DNA of 64,000 nt from Prevotella sp. CAG:1031 (GCA_000431215.1 HF985561.1:39125-103124); one strand, 5' to 3'. Shown: positions 43,618-55,095, counted from the first letter of the stretch. Numbers and translations are program-made. Notes: a model not told the origin generated them from the letters alone.

Positions 43618-44817
43618 ATGATAGAAATATCGAGCTTAGTCAATTCGCTGTCGCCGAGCCAGACTCTGGCTATGTCACAGAAAAGCGCCGAGCTTCGCGC
43701 TCAGGGAGTCGATGTCATCAATCTCAGTGTCGGCGAACCTGATTTCAACACTCCGGCCCACATCAAGGAGGCTGCAAAACGCGCTATCGACGAGAACTAT
43801 ACGCGCTACACACCGGTGGCCGGCTACAAAGAGCTGCGCGAGGCAATAGCCTCAGATATGCGACGCCATCCCGGAGTGGATTTCACCGCCGACGACATCG
43901 TTGTCAGCAACGGCGCCAAACAATCGCTCTGCAACGCCATTCTGGCCACCGTCAACCCCGGCGACGAGGTTATCATACCGGCTCCGGCATGGGTTAGCTA
44001 CAGCGAGATGGTAAAACTGGCCCACGGCGTCTCTGTCATAGTGGAATCGGGCATTGAAGACGATTTCAAGATGACTCCCGAAAAGCTCGAAAAAGCCATC
44101 ACGCCCAAAACGCGAATGCTGCTGCTGACCTCTCCGTCGAACCCGACAGGAAGCGTCTATACCCGCGCCGAGCTTCAGGACCTCGTCGACGTTCTCGCCC
44201 GCCACGAGCGCGTTCTCGTTCTCGCCGACGAGATATACGAGCATATCAACTTCACAGGCTCTTTCACCTCGATGGCTGAGTTCCCGGAACTGAAAGGCCG
44301 TGTCATCATCATAAACGGTGTGTCGAAAGCCTATGCCATGACAGGCTGGCGAATAGGCTTCATGGCCGCTCCGCGCGAACTGGCCAAGGCCTGCACCAAA
44401 CTCCAGAGCCAGTATACCTCAAACCCGTCGTCGATAGCCCAGAAAGCCGCCGAAGCCGCCTACACCGGACCTCAGGACTGCGTGACGGAAATGAACAAAG
44501 CTTTCGAACGGCGCCGCGACCTCGTCGTCGAGCTTGCGCGCACGATTCCCGGATGGGAAGTGAATGTGCCTATGGGCGCCTTCTATCTGTTGCCGCGCGT
44601 GACCGGCTGCCTCGGCACAACAGCCCCCGACGGGCGCCGAATCGAGACATCGGGCGATCTCGCGCTCTATCTTCTTGAGAAAGCCGCCGTGGCCACCGTC
44701 GACGGAGCTGCCTTCGCGGCCCCCGGCTATCTGCGTCTCAGCTATGCCACAAGCGACGACAATCTGCGCGAAGCCTTCCGCCGCATCGGCGAGGCCGTCG
44801 CAGCCCTCAAACGTTGA
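43618..44817 (+). CDS. class I pyridoxal-phosphate-dependent aminotransferase (aspartate aminotransferase-like)
   Basis: 399 aa; [16 protein letters not shown] PLP-lysine motif ([15 protein letters not shown]). Confidence 0.75.
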   Translation: MIEISSLVNSLSPSQTLAMSQKSAELRAQGVDVINLSVGEPDFNTPAHIKEAAKRAIDENYTRYTPVAGYKELREAIASDMRRHPGVDFTADDIVVSNGAKQSLCNAILATVNPGDEVIIPAPAWVSYSEMVKLAHGVSVIVESGIEDDFKMTPEKLEKAITPKTRMLLLTSPSNPTGSVYTRAELQDLVDVLARHERVLVLADEIYEHINFTGSFTSMAEFPELKGRVIIINGVSKAYAMTGWRIGFMAAPRELAKACTKLQSQYTSNPSSIAQKAAEAAYTGPQDCVTEMNKAFERRRDLVVELARTIPGWEVNVPMGAFYLLPRVTGCLGTTAPDGRRIETSGDLALYLLEKAAVATVDGAAFAAPGYLRLSYATSDDNLREAFRRIGEAVAALKR

Positions 44818-44849
44818 ATATATACTTTATAACTACACATTTTACTACG

Positions 44850-46145
44850 ATGAATTTTGTTGAAGAGCTCCGCTGGCGCGGCATGATCCACCAGATGATG
44901 CCGGGCACAGAAGAGCAGCTACAGAAAGAGATGACAACGGCCTATCTCGGAATCGACCCGACAGCCGACAGCCTCCACATAGGCCATCTCGTCGGTGTGA
45001 TGATGCTCAAGCATCTGCAGCGCAGCGGCCACAAACCTATCGCCGTTGTCGGAGGTGCCACAGGTATGATCGGCGACCCCTCGATGAAGAGTCAGGAGCG
45101 CAAGCTTATTGACGAAGAAACCCTGCGCCACAATCAGGAAGCCATCAAACGTCAGCTCGCCCACTTCCTCGACTTCGACAGCGGTGCTCCAAACGCCGCA
45201 GTAATGGCCAACAACTACGACTGGATGAAGGACTTCACCTTCCTTGACTTCATCCGCGATATCGGCAAGCATATCACCGTCAACTACATGATGGCCAAAG
45301 ACTCGGTAAAGAAGCGCCTCAACGGCGAGAACTCCGAGGGAATGTCGTTTACGGAATTTTCATATCAGCTCCTGCAGGGCTACGACTTCCTCCATCTCTA
45401 CGAGACTATGGGCTGCAAACTCCAGCTCGGCGGCAGCGACCAGTGGGGCAATATAACTACGGGCACCGAGCTTATCCGCCGCATGAACGGCGGCGAGGCT
45501 TTCGCCCTGACCTGTCCGCTGATCACCAAGGCCGACGGCAAGAAATTCGGCAAGACCGAACAGGGCAACGTATGGCTCGACCCGAACCGCACCACACCGT
45601 TTGCCTTCTATCAGTTCTGGGTCAACACTTCCGATGAAGACGCCGCCCGCTATATAAAGATTTTCACCGAACTTTCGCGCGAGGAAATCGAAGCTCTCGA
45701 AGCCGAACAGGCTGCCGATCCCGGCAAACGTCCGCTGCAGCACCGTCTGGCCAAGGAACTGACCACCATGGTTCACTCCGCTCAGGACTATGAGACAGCC
45801 GTCGAGGCCAGCCAGATTCTATTCAGCAACAAAGCTGTCGACATCCTCCACAAAATCGACGAACCTACGCTTCTGGCAGTCATGGAAGGAGTGCCGCGCT
45901 TCACAGTCAGCCGCGACCTGCTCAAAGGTGAAGGTGTGAAACTTATCGACCTCTCTACCGAACACGCCCCTGTTTTCTCGTCGAAAGGCGAGATGCGCAA
46001 GCTCGTTCAGGGTGGCGGCGTGTCGCTCAACAAAGAGAAAGTGGCCGACCCGAACCGCGCAGTGACCGAAGCCGACCTTCTCAACAACAAATACCTGCTG
46101 CTCCAGCGCGGCAAGAAGAACCACTACCTTCTGACCGTAGAATAA
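44850..46145 (+). CDS. tyrS: tyrosine--tRNA ligase
   Basis: HIGH motif (DSLHIGHL), KMSKS-like KFGKT, C-terminal S4-like domain; start at ATG 44850 ([12 protein letters not shown]). Confidence 0.85.
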   Translation: MNFVEELRWRGMIHQMMPGTEEQLQKEMTTAYLGIDPTADSLHIGHLVGVMMLKHLQRSGHKPIAVVGGATGMIGDPSMKSQERKLIDEETLRHNQEAIKRQLAHFLDFDSGAPNAAVMANNYDWMKDFTFLDFIRDIGKHITVNYMMAKDSVKKRLNGENSEGMSFTEFSYQLLQGYDFLHLYETMGCKLQLGGSDQWGNITTGTELIRRMNGGEAFALTCPLITKADGKKFGKTEQGNVWLDPNRTTPFAFYQFWVNTSDEDAARYIKIFTELSREEIEALEAEQAADPGKRPLQHRLAKELTTMVHSAQDYETAVEASQILFSNKAVDILHKIDEPTLLAVMEGVPRFTVSRDLLKGEGVKLIDLSTEHAPVFSSKGEMRKLVQGGGVSLNKEKVADPNRAVTEADLLNNKYLLLQRGKKNHYLLTVE

Positions 46146-46171
46146 CCCCCGAGCGTCAGAAAGCCCTTTCA

Positions 46172-46209
46172 CCCCGCCGCGGCATCCCTCCCGGCGGGGT
46201 TTATTTATT
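46172..46209 (+). terminator. rho-independent terminator after tyrS
   Basis: 8-bp stem ccccgccg/cggcgggg, 12-nt loop, then TTTATTTATT. Confidence 0.5.
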
Positions 46210-46296
46210 CTGTCCCTATCAGTTGTGAATTTATCCCATAAAGACTATTATAAGGATAACGTATCTGCACATAGCTGAGATACAAAATAAAAGTGT

Positions 46297-46304
46297 TAAC
46301 TTTG
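46297..46304 (+). promoter_or_regulatory. candidate -7 element TAACTTTG for YhcG-like gene (leaderless)
   Basis: exact TAnnTTTG ending 3 nt before ATG 46308. Confidence 0.35.
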
Positions 46305-46307
46305 TAT

Positions 46308-47357
46308 ATGGAAACAGTCGTTCGTATTCATAGCGAATCAGAGTATAATGAAATACTGAGACAGGCCGTCGCAGTTATTGAAGCCTCACGAGACAATGCC
46401 GCCCGTGCTATTGTCAGGACATCCAATGAAATGCACTGGCGGATCGGTCAGCTGCTATATGAGCGCAAACTCGACAGCGCACACGGAGCAGGGGTTGTGA
46501 CAAGACTATCATCAGACCTCAAAGCTTCCTATCCAAAAATGGGAATGTCGGTGAGCAACTTATGGAATATGAAACGTTTGTATGCGCGGTTTCATAAATC
46601 AGGCCCAAAACTACAACAAGCTGTTGTAGTTTTGCCTTGGGGACATATCAATCATCTCATTACTAAATTTGGAGATGATGACAATGCTATTCTTTACTAC
46701 GCCGAGAAAACTGTTCAGAAAGGCTGGAGTCGGGCATTATTGGTCAATGCTATAAAGCTGGAGATGCACAAGCATCAGCCGGAAGCCAACATGTCAAATA
46801 ATTTTGCCGTCGCTCTTCCGAAGACTCAGGCAGCATACGCCAACGAGATTTTCAAGGATTCTTATTGCATGGGATTTCTTGGCGTGACAGAGCCACTCTT
46901 TGAACTGGAGCTTGAGCGGAGATTGGTTGAGAAAGTAAAACATTTTCTCCTTGAACTCGGTCAGGGATTTACATACATCGGCAATCAGCACGTTCTGTCT
47001 TACAATGGTAAGGATTATAAGGTGGATATGCTTTTCTTTCACCGCGGACTTAGGTCGCTCGTTGCCGTTGATTTGAAAATATCCGAATTCATGCCCGAAT
47101 ATGTCAGCAAGATGAATCTCTATCTCTCGTTGCTTGACAGGCTTGAAAGAGGGAAAGACGAAAATCCCTCAATCGGTATAATCCTGTGCGCTGAAAAAGA
47201 CAACGTGGAAGTAGAGCTGGCGCTTGAAGGGTTTACAAAACCTATAGGCGTCGCCGAATACAAACTTATCGTCCCTCAAAAAGAGCTGAAACAGCTAATC
47301 TCCGACGAAATAAAGACCTTCAACAAAGAAGTCGCCGATATATCAGCACAACAATGA
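46308..47357 (+). CDS. YhcG-like DUF1016 protein with C-terminal PD-(D/E)xK nuclease fold
   Basis: 350 aa; N-terminal DUF1016 region; C-terminal ...GKDYKVDMLFFH...LVAVDLKISEF... (D, ELK-like restriction-endonuclease-fold motif); gene GC about 45%, flanks about 38%. Confidence 0.55.
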   Translation: METVVRIHSESEYNEILRQAVAVIEASRDNAARAIVRTSNEMHWRIGQLLYERKLDSAHGAGVVTRLSSDLKASYPKMGMSVSNLWNMKRLYARFHKSGPKLQQAVVVLPWGHINHLITKFGDDDNAILYYAEKTVQKGWSRALLVNAIKLEMHKHQPEANMSNNFAVALPKTQAAYANEIFKDSYCMGFLGVTEPLFELELERRLVEKVKHFLLELGQGFTYIGNQHVLSYNGKDYKVDMLFFHRGLRSLVAVDLKISEFMPEYVSKMNLYLSLLDRLERGKDENPSIGIILCAEKDNVEVELALEGFTKPIGVAEYKLIVPQKELKQLISDEIKTFNKEVADISAQQ

Positions 47358-47551
47358 GATGGGGAAGCCTTTATATTGCCTATTAGCTTACTTGTCGGCC
47401 AAATTCCTTAATCGGACTTGTTCCAGAAAAAGAGGTTGAAGAATGACGCTCTGAAATTCATCTCTTTCCTTACGCCGGAAAAAGGCGGCTGATTATTTAT
47501 TGTTAACAAATGCCGCTGTCCCGAATCGGGATGTTTCCGCGGAAAAATTCG

Positions 47552-47559
47552 TAACTTTG
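47552..47559 (+). promoter_or_regulatory. candidate -7 element TAACTTTG for rml operon
   Basis: TAnnTTTG 38 nt upstream of rfbA ATG. Confidence 0.3.
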
Positions 47560-47596
47560 AGGCCGTAATGGAAAACCGCCGCAAAACGTCTGACAG

Positions 47597-48502
47597 ATGA
47601 AAGGCATAGTATTGGCCGGAGGCTCCGGCACCCGTCTCTACCCTATCACCAAGGGAGTAAGCAAGCAGCTCTTGCCGATTTTCGACAAGCCGATGGTCTA
47701 TTACCCGATCTCGACACTGATGCTCGCCGGCATAAGGGATATTCTGATAATCTCGACACCGGCCGACCTGCCCGCGTTCCAACGTCTTCTGGGCGACGGC
47801 AGCGACTTCGGAGTAAGCTTTACCTACGCCGAACAGCCGAGTCCCGACGGACTGGCTCAGGCTTTCATCATAGGCCGCGATTTCATCGGCGACGACGCCG
47901 CCTGCCTCGTTCTGGGCGACAATATATTCCACGGCCCGGGATTTTCGCAGACCCTGAAAAAAGCTGTCGACGCAGCCGAAACAGAGGGTAAGGCAACAGT
48001 CTTCGGATACTGGGTCGACGACCCCGAGCGCTACGGCGTGGCCGAGTTCGACAGCAGCGGAAACTGCCTCTCTATCGAAGAAAAGCCCGAAAAGCCCAAA
48101 AGCAACTATGCCGTTGTCGGACTTTATTTCTACCCCAACAAGGTTGTCGACATTGCCGCATCGATAAAGCCGTCGGCCCGCGGAGAGCTTGAAATAACGA
48201 GCGTCAATCAGGAGTTTCTCAGCTCGGGCGAGCTGAGGGTGCAGACTCTGCCGCGCGGATTCGCCTGGCTCGACACCGGCACCCACGATTCGCTGGCCGA
48301 CGCTTCAATATATGTCGAAGTTCTCGAGAAGCGTCAGGGACTCAAGATCGCCTGTCTCGAAGGAATAGCCTACCGCCAGGGCTGGATTTCGCGCGAGAAG
48401 ATGATAGAGCTGGCAAAGCCAATGCTGAAAAACCAATACGGGCAGTATCTTATGAAAGTTATCAACGAAATAGACCGTTCGGGCTACAGCAATCTCGACT
48501 GA
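47597..48502 (+). CDS. rfbA: glucose-1-phosphate thymidylyltransferase
   Basis: [18 protein letters not shown]...; 301 aa RmlA signature. Confidence 0.85.
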   Translation: MKGIVLAGGSGTRLYPITKGVSKQLLPIFDKPMVYYPISTLMLAGIRDILIISTPADLPAFQRLLGDGSDFGVSFTYAEQPSPDGLAQAFIIGRDFIGDDAACLVLGDNIFHGPGFSQTLKKAVDAAETEGKATVFGYWVDDPERYGVAEFDSSGNCLSIEEKPEKPKSNYAVVGLYFYPNKVVDIAASIKPSARGELEITSVNQEFLSSGELRVQTLPRGFAWLDTGTHDSLADASIYVEVLEKRQGLKIACLEGIAYRQGWISREKMIELAKPMLKNQYGQYLMKVINEIDRSGYSNLD

Positions 48503-48504
48503 CA

Positions 48505-49080
48505 ATGAATGTGATAAAGACAGATATTGAAGGTGTGGTCGTCATCGAGCCGAGAGTTTTCGACGATGCGCGCGGATATTTCTTCGAGTCGTATTCGAAG
48601 CGCCGGTTCGACGAGGTTGTCAGGCCCATAGAGTTCGTTCAGGACAATGAGTCGATGTCGACGCGCGGAGTTATCCGCGGACTCCATTTCCAGCGGCCCC
48701 CCTTCTCTCAGAGCAAACTCGTCAGATGCGTCAGAGGTGCCGTGCTCGATGTCGTCGTCGACATCCGCCGCGGCTCTCCGACCTACGGACGCCATATCGC
48801 CGTTGAACTGACCGGCGAAAACAGGCGCCAGCTGTTCGTGCCGCGCGGTTTCGCCCACGGCTTCGCGGTTCTGAGCGACGAGGCCGTCTTCCAGTATAAA
48901 TGCGACAACTACTATCATCCCGAATCGGAAGGAGGCATCTCCATAGCCGACCACTCGCTCGGCATCGACTGGCGCATCGATCCCGCCGAGGCCATTCTCT
49001 CTGAGAAAGACCTCCGCAACCCGATGTTCAGCGACTTCGAGAGTCCTTTCGACATAACGGTTAGCCTTTACGACGAATGA
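48505..49080 (+). CDS. rfbC: dTDP-4-dehydrorhamnose 3,5-epimerase
   Basis: 191 aa cupin; GVIRGLHFQ, RGFAHGF motifs. Confidence 0.85.
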   Translation: MNVIKTDIEGVVVIEPRVFDDARGYFFESYSKRRFDEVVRPIEFVQDNESMSTRGVIRGLHFQRPPFSQSKLVRCVRGAVLDVVVDIRRGSPTYGRHIAVELTGENRRQLFVPRGFAHGFAVLSDEAVFQYKCDNYYHPESEGGISIADHSLGIDWRIDPAEAILSEKDLRNPMFSDFESPFDITVSLYDE

Positions 49081-49949
49081 ATATACTTGTAACAGGGGCC
49101 GACGGCCAGCTCGGACGCTGCCTGCGCGACGTCACAGCCTCATCGGCCGACAACTATATCTTCACAGATGTCGCGCAGCTCGACATCACTGACCCTGCAG
49201 CCGTCAGGCGCGCTGTAGCCGACAATAAGCCTGCGGTCATCATAAACTGCGCGGCCTATACCGACGTCGAACGCGCCGAATCCGACCCCGCGACAGCCGA
49301 AAAGCTGAACGCCACGGCCGTTGCCGTACTGGCCGAAGAGGCGGCCCGCACGGGAGCCACGCTGTTTCACATATCGACCGACTACGTGTTCGGCCGCGAA
49401 CCCTATAACACCCCCTGCCGCGAGGACCAGCAGGGCACGCCGACAGGCGTCTACGGACTGACAAAGCTCCACGGCGAGCAGGCGATTGCCGCAAGCGGCT
49501 GCAAAGCTCTGATTTTCCGCACGGCGTGGCTTTATTCGGAATATGGCAAGAACTTCGTCAGAACTATGCTCGGTCTGACCGCATCACGGCCTACGCTGAA
49601 TGTCGTCTTCGACCAGGCGGGAACCCCTACCTATGCCCGCGATCTCGCCGAAGCCATCGCAACCATAATCGCCGGCCGCAGTTTCGAGGGGCGCGAAGGA
49701 ATCTACCACTATTCCAACGAAGGAGTATGCTCATGGTTCGACTTCGCCAAAGCTATCGCGACAATGGCCGGCAACAGCAACTGCGACATCCGTCCCTGCC
49801 ATTCCAACGAATTTCCGTCGGCAGTGAAACGTCCGGCATACTCCGTGCTCGACAAAACAAAATTCAAAACGACATTCGGTCTCTCTGTCCCCTACTGGAC
49901 CGACTCGCTCGCCGAATGCCTGAACAAACTGAAAGGCAATGAAGCGTAA
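49077..49949 (+). CDS. rfbD: dTDP-4-dehydrorhamnose reductase
   Basis: MNILVTGADGQLG Rossmann start; 290 aa; overlaps neighbours by 4 and 11 nt (operon). Confidence 0.8.
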   Translation: MNILVTGADGQLGRCLRDVTASSADNYIFTDVAQLDITDPAAVRRAVADNKPAVIINCAAYTDVERAESDPATAEKLNATAVAVLAEEAARTGATLFHISTDYVFGREPYNTPCREDQQGTPTGVYGLTKLHGEQAIAASGCKALIFRTAWLYSEYGKNFVRTMLGLTASRPTLNVVFDQAGTPTYARDLAEAIATIIAGRSFEGREGIYHYSNEGVCSWFDFAKAIATMAGNSNCDIRPCHSNEFPSAVKRPAYSVLDKTKFKTTFGLSVPYWTDSLAECLNKLKGNEA

Positions 49950-51072
49950 CATACTTATCACCGGAGGGGCCGGATTCATCGGCAACCACGTCGTCCGCCT
50001 CTTCGTCAACAAATATCCCGACTATCATATCGTCAACCTCGACAAGCTGACCTATGCAGGGAATCTCGCTAACCTCAGCGATATCGAAGACCGTCCGAAC
50101 TACACTTTCGTGCGCGCCGACATCGCCGATCTCGACGCCATGCGCCGCATAATCCGCGAGCACCGGATCGACGGCATTATCCACCTCGCCGCCGAAAGCC
50201 ATGTCGACCGATCGATAAAAGACCCGTTCACCTTCGCCCGCACCAACGTCATGGGCACCCTCGCCCTGCTTCAGGCGGCCCGCGAATACTGGGAATCGCT
50301 GCCCGAGCGCTATGAGGGCAAGCTCTTCTACCACATATCGACCGACGAAGTCTACGGTGCTCTCGAACTAACCCACCCCGAAGGTGTGGAGCCCCCCTTC
50401 ACAACCCTCGCATCGAGCCGCGACGACAAAGCCTACGGCACGGAATTCTTCACCGAGGAAACTAAATACGACCCCCACTCCCCCTACTCTGCCTCGAAGG
50501 CGTCGAGCGACCACTTCGTGCGCTCCTATCACGACACCTACGGAATGCCGACCCTCGTCACCAACTGCTCGAACAACTACGGCCCCTATCAGTTTCCCGA
50601 GAAACTGATCCCACTGTTCATAAACAATATACGCCACCGTCGCCCGCTGCCCGTATACGGCCGCGGCGAGAACGTGCGCGACTGGCTCTTCGTCGAAGAC
50701 CACGCCCGGGCGATTGATCTTATATTCCACAAGGGACGGGCTGCCGAAACCTACAATATCGGCGGCTTCAACGAATGGAAAAATATCGACCTTATAAAGG
50801 TAATAATCAAAACTGTCGACCGTCTATTGGGAAATCCCGAAGGCCAGTCGCTCGACCTCATAACATACGTCACCGACCGCCCAGGCCACGATATGCGCTA
50901 CGCCATCGACAGCCGCAAACTTCAGAGCGAGCTCGGCTGGGAGCCGTCGCTCCAGTTCGAGGAAGGCATCGAGAAAACCGTGCGCTGGTATCTCGACAAC
51001 CAGGCCTGGATGGACAACATAACATCCGGCGAATACGAGCGCTATTACGACGATATGTATAGCGGCCGATAA
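49939..51072 (+). CDS. rfbB: dTDP-glucose 4,6-dehydratase
   Basis: MKRNILITGGAGFIGNHVV..., YSASKASSDH catalytic YxxxK. Confidence 0.85.
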   Translation: MKRNILITGGAGFIGNHVVRLFVNKYPDYHIVNLDKLTYAGNLANLSDIEDRPNYTFVRADIADLDAMRRIIREHRIDGIIHLAAESHVDRSIKDPFTFARTNVMGTLALLQAAREYWESLPERYEGKLFYHISTDEVYGALELTHPEGVEPPFTTLASSRDDKAYGTEFFTEETKYDPHSPYSASKASSDHFVRSYHDTYGMPTLVTNCSNNYGPYQFPEKLIPLFINNIRHRRPLPVYGRGENVRDWLFVEDHARAIDLIFHKGRAAETYNIGGFNEWKNIDLIKVIIKTVDRLLGNPEGQSLDLITYVTDRPGHDMRYAIDSRKLQSELGWEPSLQFEEGIEKTVRWYLDNQAWMDNITSGEYERYYDDMYSGR

Positions 51073-51094
51073 CCGTTTTCAGCAACTCAACCGC

Positions 51095-52447
51095 ATGACA
51101 AGCCTCGATTCACTGACCAAAGAATCTGTCGGACGTCTTCTGTGGCGCTATTCGCTACCGTCGATAGTCGGTATGCTCGTCATGTCGCTCTACAACGTCA
51201 TCGACCGCATCATACTCGGACAGGTTGTCGGAGCCGACGCGCTTTCGGGACTGACGATAACTTTTCCGGTCATGAACCTCGCCACGGCTATCGGCGTCCT
51301 CGTCGGCGTAGGAGCCTGCACACGTGTCAGCATCTTCCTCGGAGCCGGCAACCATCGCGAAGCGTCGCAGGTGCTCGGCAACGCCCTGGTGCTGACCATC
51401 GTCAACGGCATAATCTACATCAGCCTTTTCGCTCTGTTCCTCGATCCGCTGCTGCGGCTTTTCGGCGCAAGCGACGTCACAATCGTCTATGCCCGCGACT
51501 TCATGAGGTGGATTCTTCCGGGGCTGCTACTGATCAACATCGCTTTCGGTTTCAATAATATCATGCGGTCGTCGGGCTATCCCAACAAGGCGATGGTCAC
51601 AATGATACTCGGAGCAGTCTGCAACATCTTTCTTGCGTTTCTGTTCGTTTATAAACTGCGCTGGGGCATCAAAGGCGCCGCAATAGCAACCGACATCTCC
51701 ATGGCCGTTACGGCAACTTTCGTGATACAGCATTTCATAAGCCGCAAGTCGAGGCTCCACTTCGTCAGGGGAATCTACCGTCTGAAAAGGGATATTGTCA
51801 GGCAGATCGTATCTATCGGCATGGCACCGAGCATTATAAATGTTGCAGCCTGTCTGATAAACATTCTCATCAACAAGACCTTGCTGGCCAACGGCGGTGA
51901 CATAGCGATTGCCACAGCCGGCATCTTCGTGACCTTCACGTCGCTGATAACCTGCGTTGTTCTGGGTGTCAATATGGGAATGCAGCCTATAATAGGATAT
52001 AACTACGGCGCCGGAGTCTATTCCCGGGTCAGAAGCACCATGCAGCTCGCGATGGTCTGGGGAACGGCGATATGCACTCTCGGATGGATCGGGGGCACCT
52101 TTTTCCCGTCTGAAATAGCGTCGCTGTTCACTGTCGACCGTACTCTTATCGAAGTCACTGCCGAAGCGCTTCCGAAAGCGATGTCGGTATTCTTCGTCGT
52201 AGGCATCCAGATTATCGCCACGGGAATGCTTCAGTCGATCGGTCAGGCAGGCAAAGCGATATTCCTCAGTCTGACACGTCAGGTTCTGTTTCTGATTCCC
52301 TTGCTGCTGATTATGCCGCGCTCGCTGGGAACCGACGGCGTATGGTGGTCGTTTCCGCTGAGCGACATTCTTGCTACGGTAGTGACCGCCACTATATTGG
52401 TATTCCAGATGCGCTCACTCACCCGCCGGAGCATGATGACGGCATGA
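51095..52447 (+). CDS. MATE-family efflux transporter
   Basis: 450 aa, 12 TM helices, MATE N-terminal signature. Confidence 0.75.
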   Translation: MTSLDSLTKESVGRLLWRYSLPSIVGMLVMSLYNVIDRIILGQVVGADALSGLTITFPVMNLATAIGVLVGVGACTRVSIFLGAGNHREASQVLGNALVLTIVNGIIYISLFALFLDPLLRLFGASDVTIVYARDFMRWILPGLLLINIAFGFNNIMRSSGYPNKAMVTMILGAVCNIFLAFLFVYKLRWGIKGAAIATDISMAVTATFVIQHFISRKSRLHFVRGIYRLKRDIVRQIVSIGMAPSIINVAACLINILINKTLLANGGDIAIATAGIFVTFTSLITCVVLGVNMGMQPIIGYNYGAGVYSRVRSTMQLAMVWGTAICTLGWIGGTFFPSEIASLFTVDRTLIEVTAEALPKAMSVFFVVGIQIIATGMLQSIGQAGKAIFLSLTRQVLFLIPLLLIMPRSLGTDGVWWSFPLSDILATVVTATILVFQMRSLTRRSMMTA

Positions 52448-52462
52448 TGACGGTGTGCCGTC

Positions 52463-53878
52463 TCATTCAACCGGTGAGAGGCCAAGCCCTGCGGCAAATT
52501 CGAGCATAAACTCGCGCGCGGCATCGTGGTCGTTGGGAATCTTGCCGTCTAATATCGCATCTTTTATAGCCTGTTTGATCTGCCCCACGACGGGTGTCCC
52601 TTTCAGATTGAAAGCCGCCATAATCTCCAGCCCGTCGACGGGAGGCTGAAAGTTTCTTATCGCATCTCGCTCGTTGAGGTCGGCCATCTTGGCTCTGACA
52701 ATGGCGAAATTGTCGAGAAAGCGCTTAACCTTCTCGCGGTTGCGTGACGTTATGTCGGCCTCACACAGGGTCATAAGATCCTCCAGATCATTGCCGGCCT
52801 CAAAAATCAGGCGCCTGACGGCCGAGTCGGTGACTCCGTCCTCTACAAGAGCTATCGGCCTCATGTGAAGCTCGACAAGTTTGGCCACATATTTGAGATG
52901 TTCGTTCATAGGCAGACGCAGCCGGCGGAAAATCCGCTCGACCATCTTGGCTCCTATGAAATTATGGTTATGGAAAGTCCAGCCTACAGCGTCGTCCCAC
53001 CGCTTTGTAACAGGCTTGGCTATATCATGAAGCAGAGCCGACCAGCGCAGCCATTCATTCTCGCTGGCGGCAGCCACGCGGTCGAGCACGATCATCGTAT
53101 GCTCGAAATTATCTTTATGTCCGCGTCCTTTCACGACCTCAACACCCTTCATGGCGTCGAGCTCAGGCATGATGATTTTAAGCAGTCCTGTCGACAGCAG
53201 CAACTCCCATCCTATCGACGGCCGGGGAGACCGCATTATTTTCTGAAGCTCAGTGGCGATACGTTCGCGCGACACAATCTCGAGGCGCTGTGCGTTGCGG
53301 GCAATGGCGCCGAATGTTTCGGGACAGATTGTGAAATCGAGCTGAGTCGCAAACCTTATGGCGCGCATCATTCTGAGCGGGTCGTCGCTGAAAGTAATAT
53401 CGGGGTCAAGAGGTGTTCGGATCACACGTCGTTCGAGATCGCCTATACCGTCGAAACGGTCGACAAGCTCGCCGAAAGAAACCGAGTTGACGCTCAGGGC
53501 CATGGCGTTGATAGTGAAGTCGCGACGCGAGATGTCGTCGTCGAGTGTTCCGTCTTCCACTATTGGCTTTCTGGAATCGCGGTTATAGCTCTCGCGGCGC
53601 GCGCCGACAAACTCAAGCTCGTCATCGCCGCTGTGGACCTGAGCGGTTCCGAAATTCTTATAGACGTGAACCTGAGCTTTCGGGCCGAGCCGCTGCGCAA
53701 CCTCGCGTGCAAGCTCTATGCCGCCACCCACGGTCAGGAAGTCGATATCCTTGCTGTGGCGGCCGAGCAAAAGATCGCGCACATATCCGCCGACGACGTA
53801 TGCCTCGCGCCCAAGGCTGTCGGCAGCGTTGCCGACGAGATGAAAGATCGGTCTGTCGATTCGTTCAGCGTAGTTCAT
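52463..53878 (-). CDS. cca: CCA-adding tRNA nucleotidyltransferase (polyA-polymerase head domain plus HD domain)
   Basis: GGYVRDLLLGRHSKDIDF nucleotidyltransferase motif; C-terminal HD domain (LHDIAK). Confidence 0.75.
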   Translation of the reverse strand: MNYAERIDRPIFHLVGNAADSLGREAYVVGGYVRDLLLGRHSKDIDFLTVGGGIELAREVAQRLGPKAQVHVYKNFGTAQVHSGDDELEFVGARRESYNRDSRKPIVEDGTLDDDISRRDFTINAMALSVNSVSFGELVDRFDGIGDLERRVIRTPLDPDITFSDDPLRMMRAIRFATQLDFTICPETFGAIARNAQRLEIVSRERIATELQKIMRSPRPSIGWELLLSTGLLKIIMPELDAMKGVEVVKGRGHKDNFEHTMIVLDRVAAASENEWLRWSALLHDIAKPVTKRWDDAVGWTFHNHNFIGAKMVERIFRRLRLPMNEHLKYVAKLVELHMRPIALVEDGVTDSAVRRLIFEAGNDLEDLMTLCEADITSRNREKVKRFLDNFAIVRAKMADLNERDAIRNFQPPVDGLEIMAAFNLKGTPVVGQIKQAIKDAILDGKIPNDHDAAREFMLEFAAGLGLSPVE

Positions 53879-55078
53879 TCACACATCAAAATATTGAATC
53901 TCTTCGGGAGCCGGAGTCAGATTCTCGGGCTCTCCGTCACGGCTGACGGCATAGGTATTCTCGATGCCGACAGCCCCGACATGGGGAATAACGAACTTAG
54001 GCTCGAGAGCAATGACATTGCCCTCGGCAAGAATGTCGCGGGAACGCGGCGCTATGACGGGCAACTCATTGATTTCGATGCCGACACCATGTCCGATAAA
54101 TCCGGCTTTCTGACGGTGGCCCATGAAATATTCGTGGAGTCCGCGCTCATGAACCATATTGTCGGCCATCTCATAGATTTCGCGGGCAGTAGCTCCCGGG
54201 CGCGCAATGCGGCGGAACTCCGCATGGATGTCGAGCGAGCACTGATGGGCCCGCAGGGCAACCTCGGGAATCTCTCCAAGAGCGAAAACGCGGGTCATAT
54301 CGGTCATATATCCCGTGAAATCGCCCCCCATATCGACCATTACAGTCGTACCCGGACGTATCATCGTGCCGTTGGCTCCAACCGGCAGACTCGGGTCGGA
54401 ACCTGCGCCTCCCATTGCAAAATCGTAGGGGGAGGGATTGTCGGCATTCTCGCCGACGAGCACATTGCCCATGAAAAACTCCATTGAATCGCCACTGATG
54501 CGGAACTGGCCCAGCGATCCTTCGAGGCGCGACACCCGTTCGATCTCTATCTGAAGCTCGATATCTGACATCCCCTCGGTAAAGATATGGGGGATTCTCG
54601 AATAAACACGCTGGTGGGCCACACCGCTGCGGCGTATCATGTCGATCTGGGCGGCAGTCTTGCGCGAACGCACCTCGCGCATAACAGCCGAGGCATTGCA
54701 CAGCTCAGCCTCAGGGAAGATAGCTTTCAGCCGTCGGATTTCGCTGAAAGAGCGCGTATCGAGCTCAAGACCGATACGCCGGGGCTGACGCGCGAGCCGT
54801 GAGGCAATCTCTTCAGGCTTGCGCACAAATTCGGTCGAGTCACCCTTAAGAACGACGGGGCGTTTTACAAAGAACACGACGTCGCCCTCGAAAGGCACAT
54901 AAATCCATCCCGCGAAAACTCGGCCGGTCAGGTCATAGATATTGGAGTTGTCGGCGAGCAGAAGCGCGTCGGGAGCATCGGAGGCCGATGCCATTACGCT
55001 GCGCACGCCGTCGATACGTTTCTGAAACTCGGCATTGTCGAGCAGAAGTGTCGAAAATTCATCTTTAGGTTCTATCAT
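53879..55078 (-). CDS. M24-family Xaa-Pro aminopeptidase / creatinase-like metallopeptidase
   Basis: pita-bread fold metal ligands (D, D, H, E, E pattern: VMVDMGG...GHGVGIEINE...). Confidence 0.7.
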   Translation of the reverse strand: MIEPKDEFSTLLLDNAEFQKRIDGVRSVMASASDAPDALLLADNSNIYDLTGRVFAGWIYVPFEGDVVFFVKRPVVLKGDSTEFVRKPEEIASRLARQPRRIGLELDTRSFSEIRRLKAIFPEAELCNASAVMREVRSRKTAAQIDMIRRSGVAHQRVYSRIPHIFTEGMSDIELQIEIERVSRLEGSLGQFRISGDSMEFFMGNVLVGENADNPSPYDFAMGGAGSDPSLPVGANGTMIRPGTTVMVDMGGDFTGYMTDMTRVFALGEIPEVALRAHQCSLDIHAEFRRIARPGATAREIYEMADNMVHERGLHEYFMGHRQKAGFIGHGVGIEINELPVIAPRSRDILAEGNVIALEPKFVIPHVGAVGIENTYAVSRDGEPENLTPAPEEIQYFDV

Positions 55079-55095
55079 CGCTATTCCTGTTTAAT

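Noticed and set aside
47408-48286. 292-aa minus-strand ORF overlapping rfbA
   Set aside because: rfbA on the plus strand is unambiguous; the minus ORF has no homology pattern.
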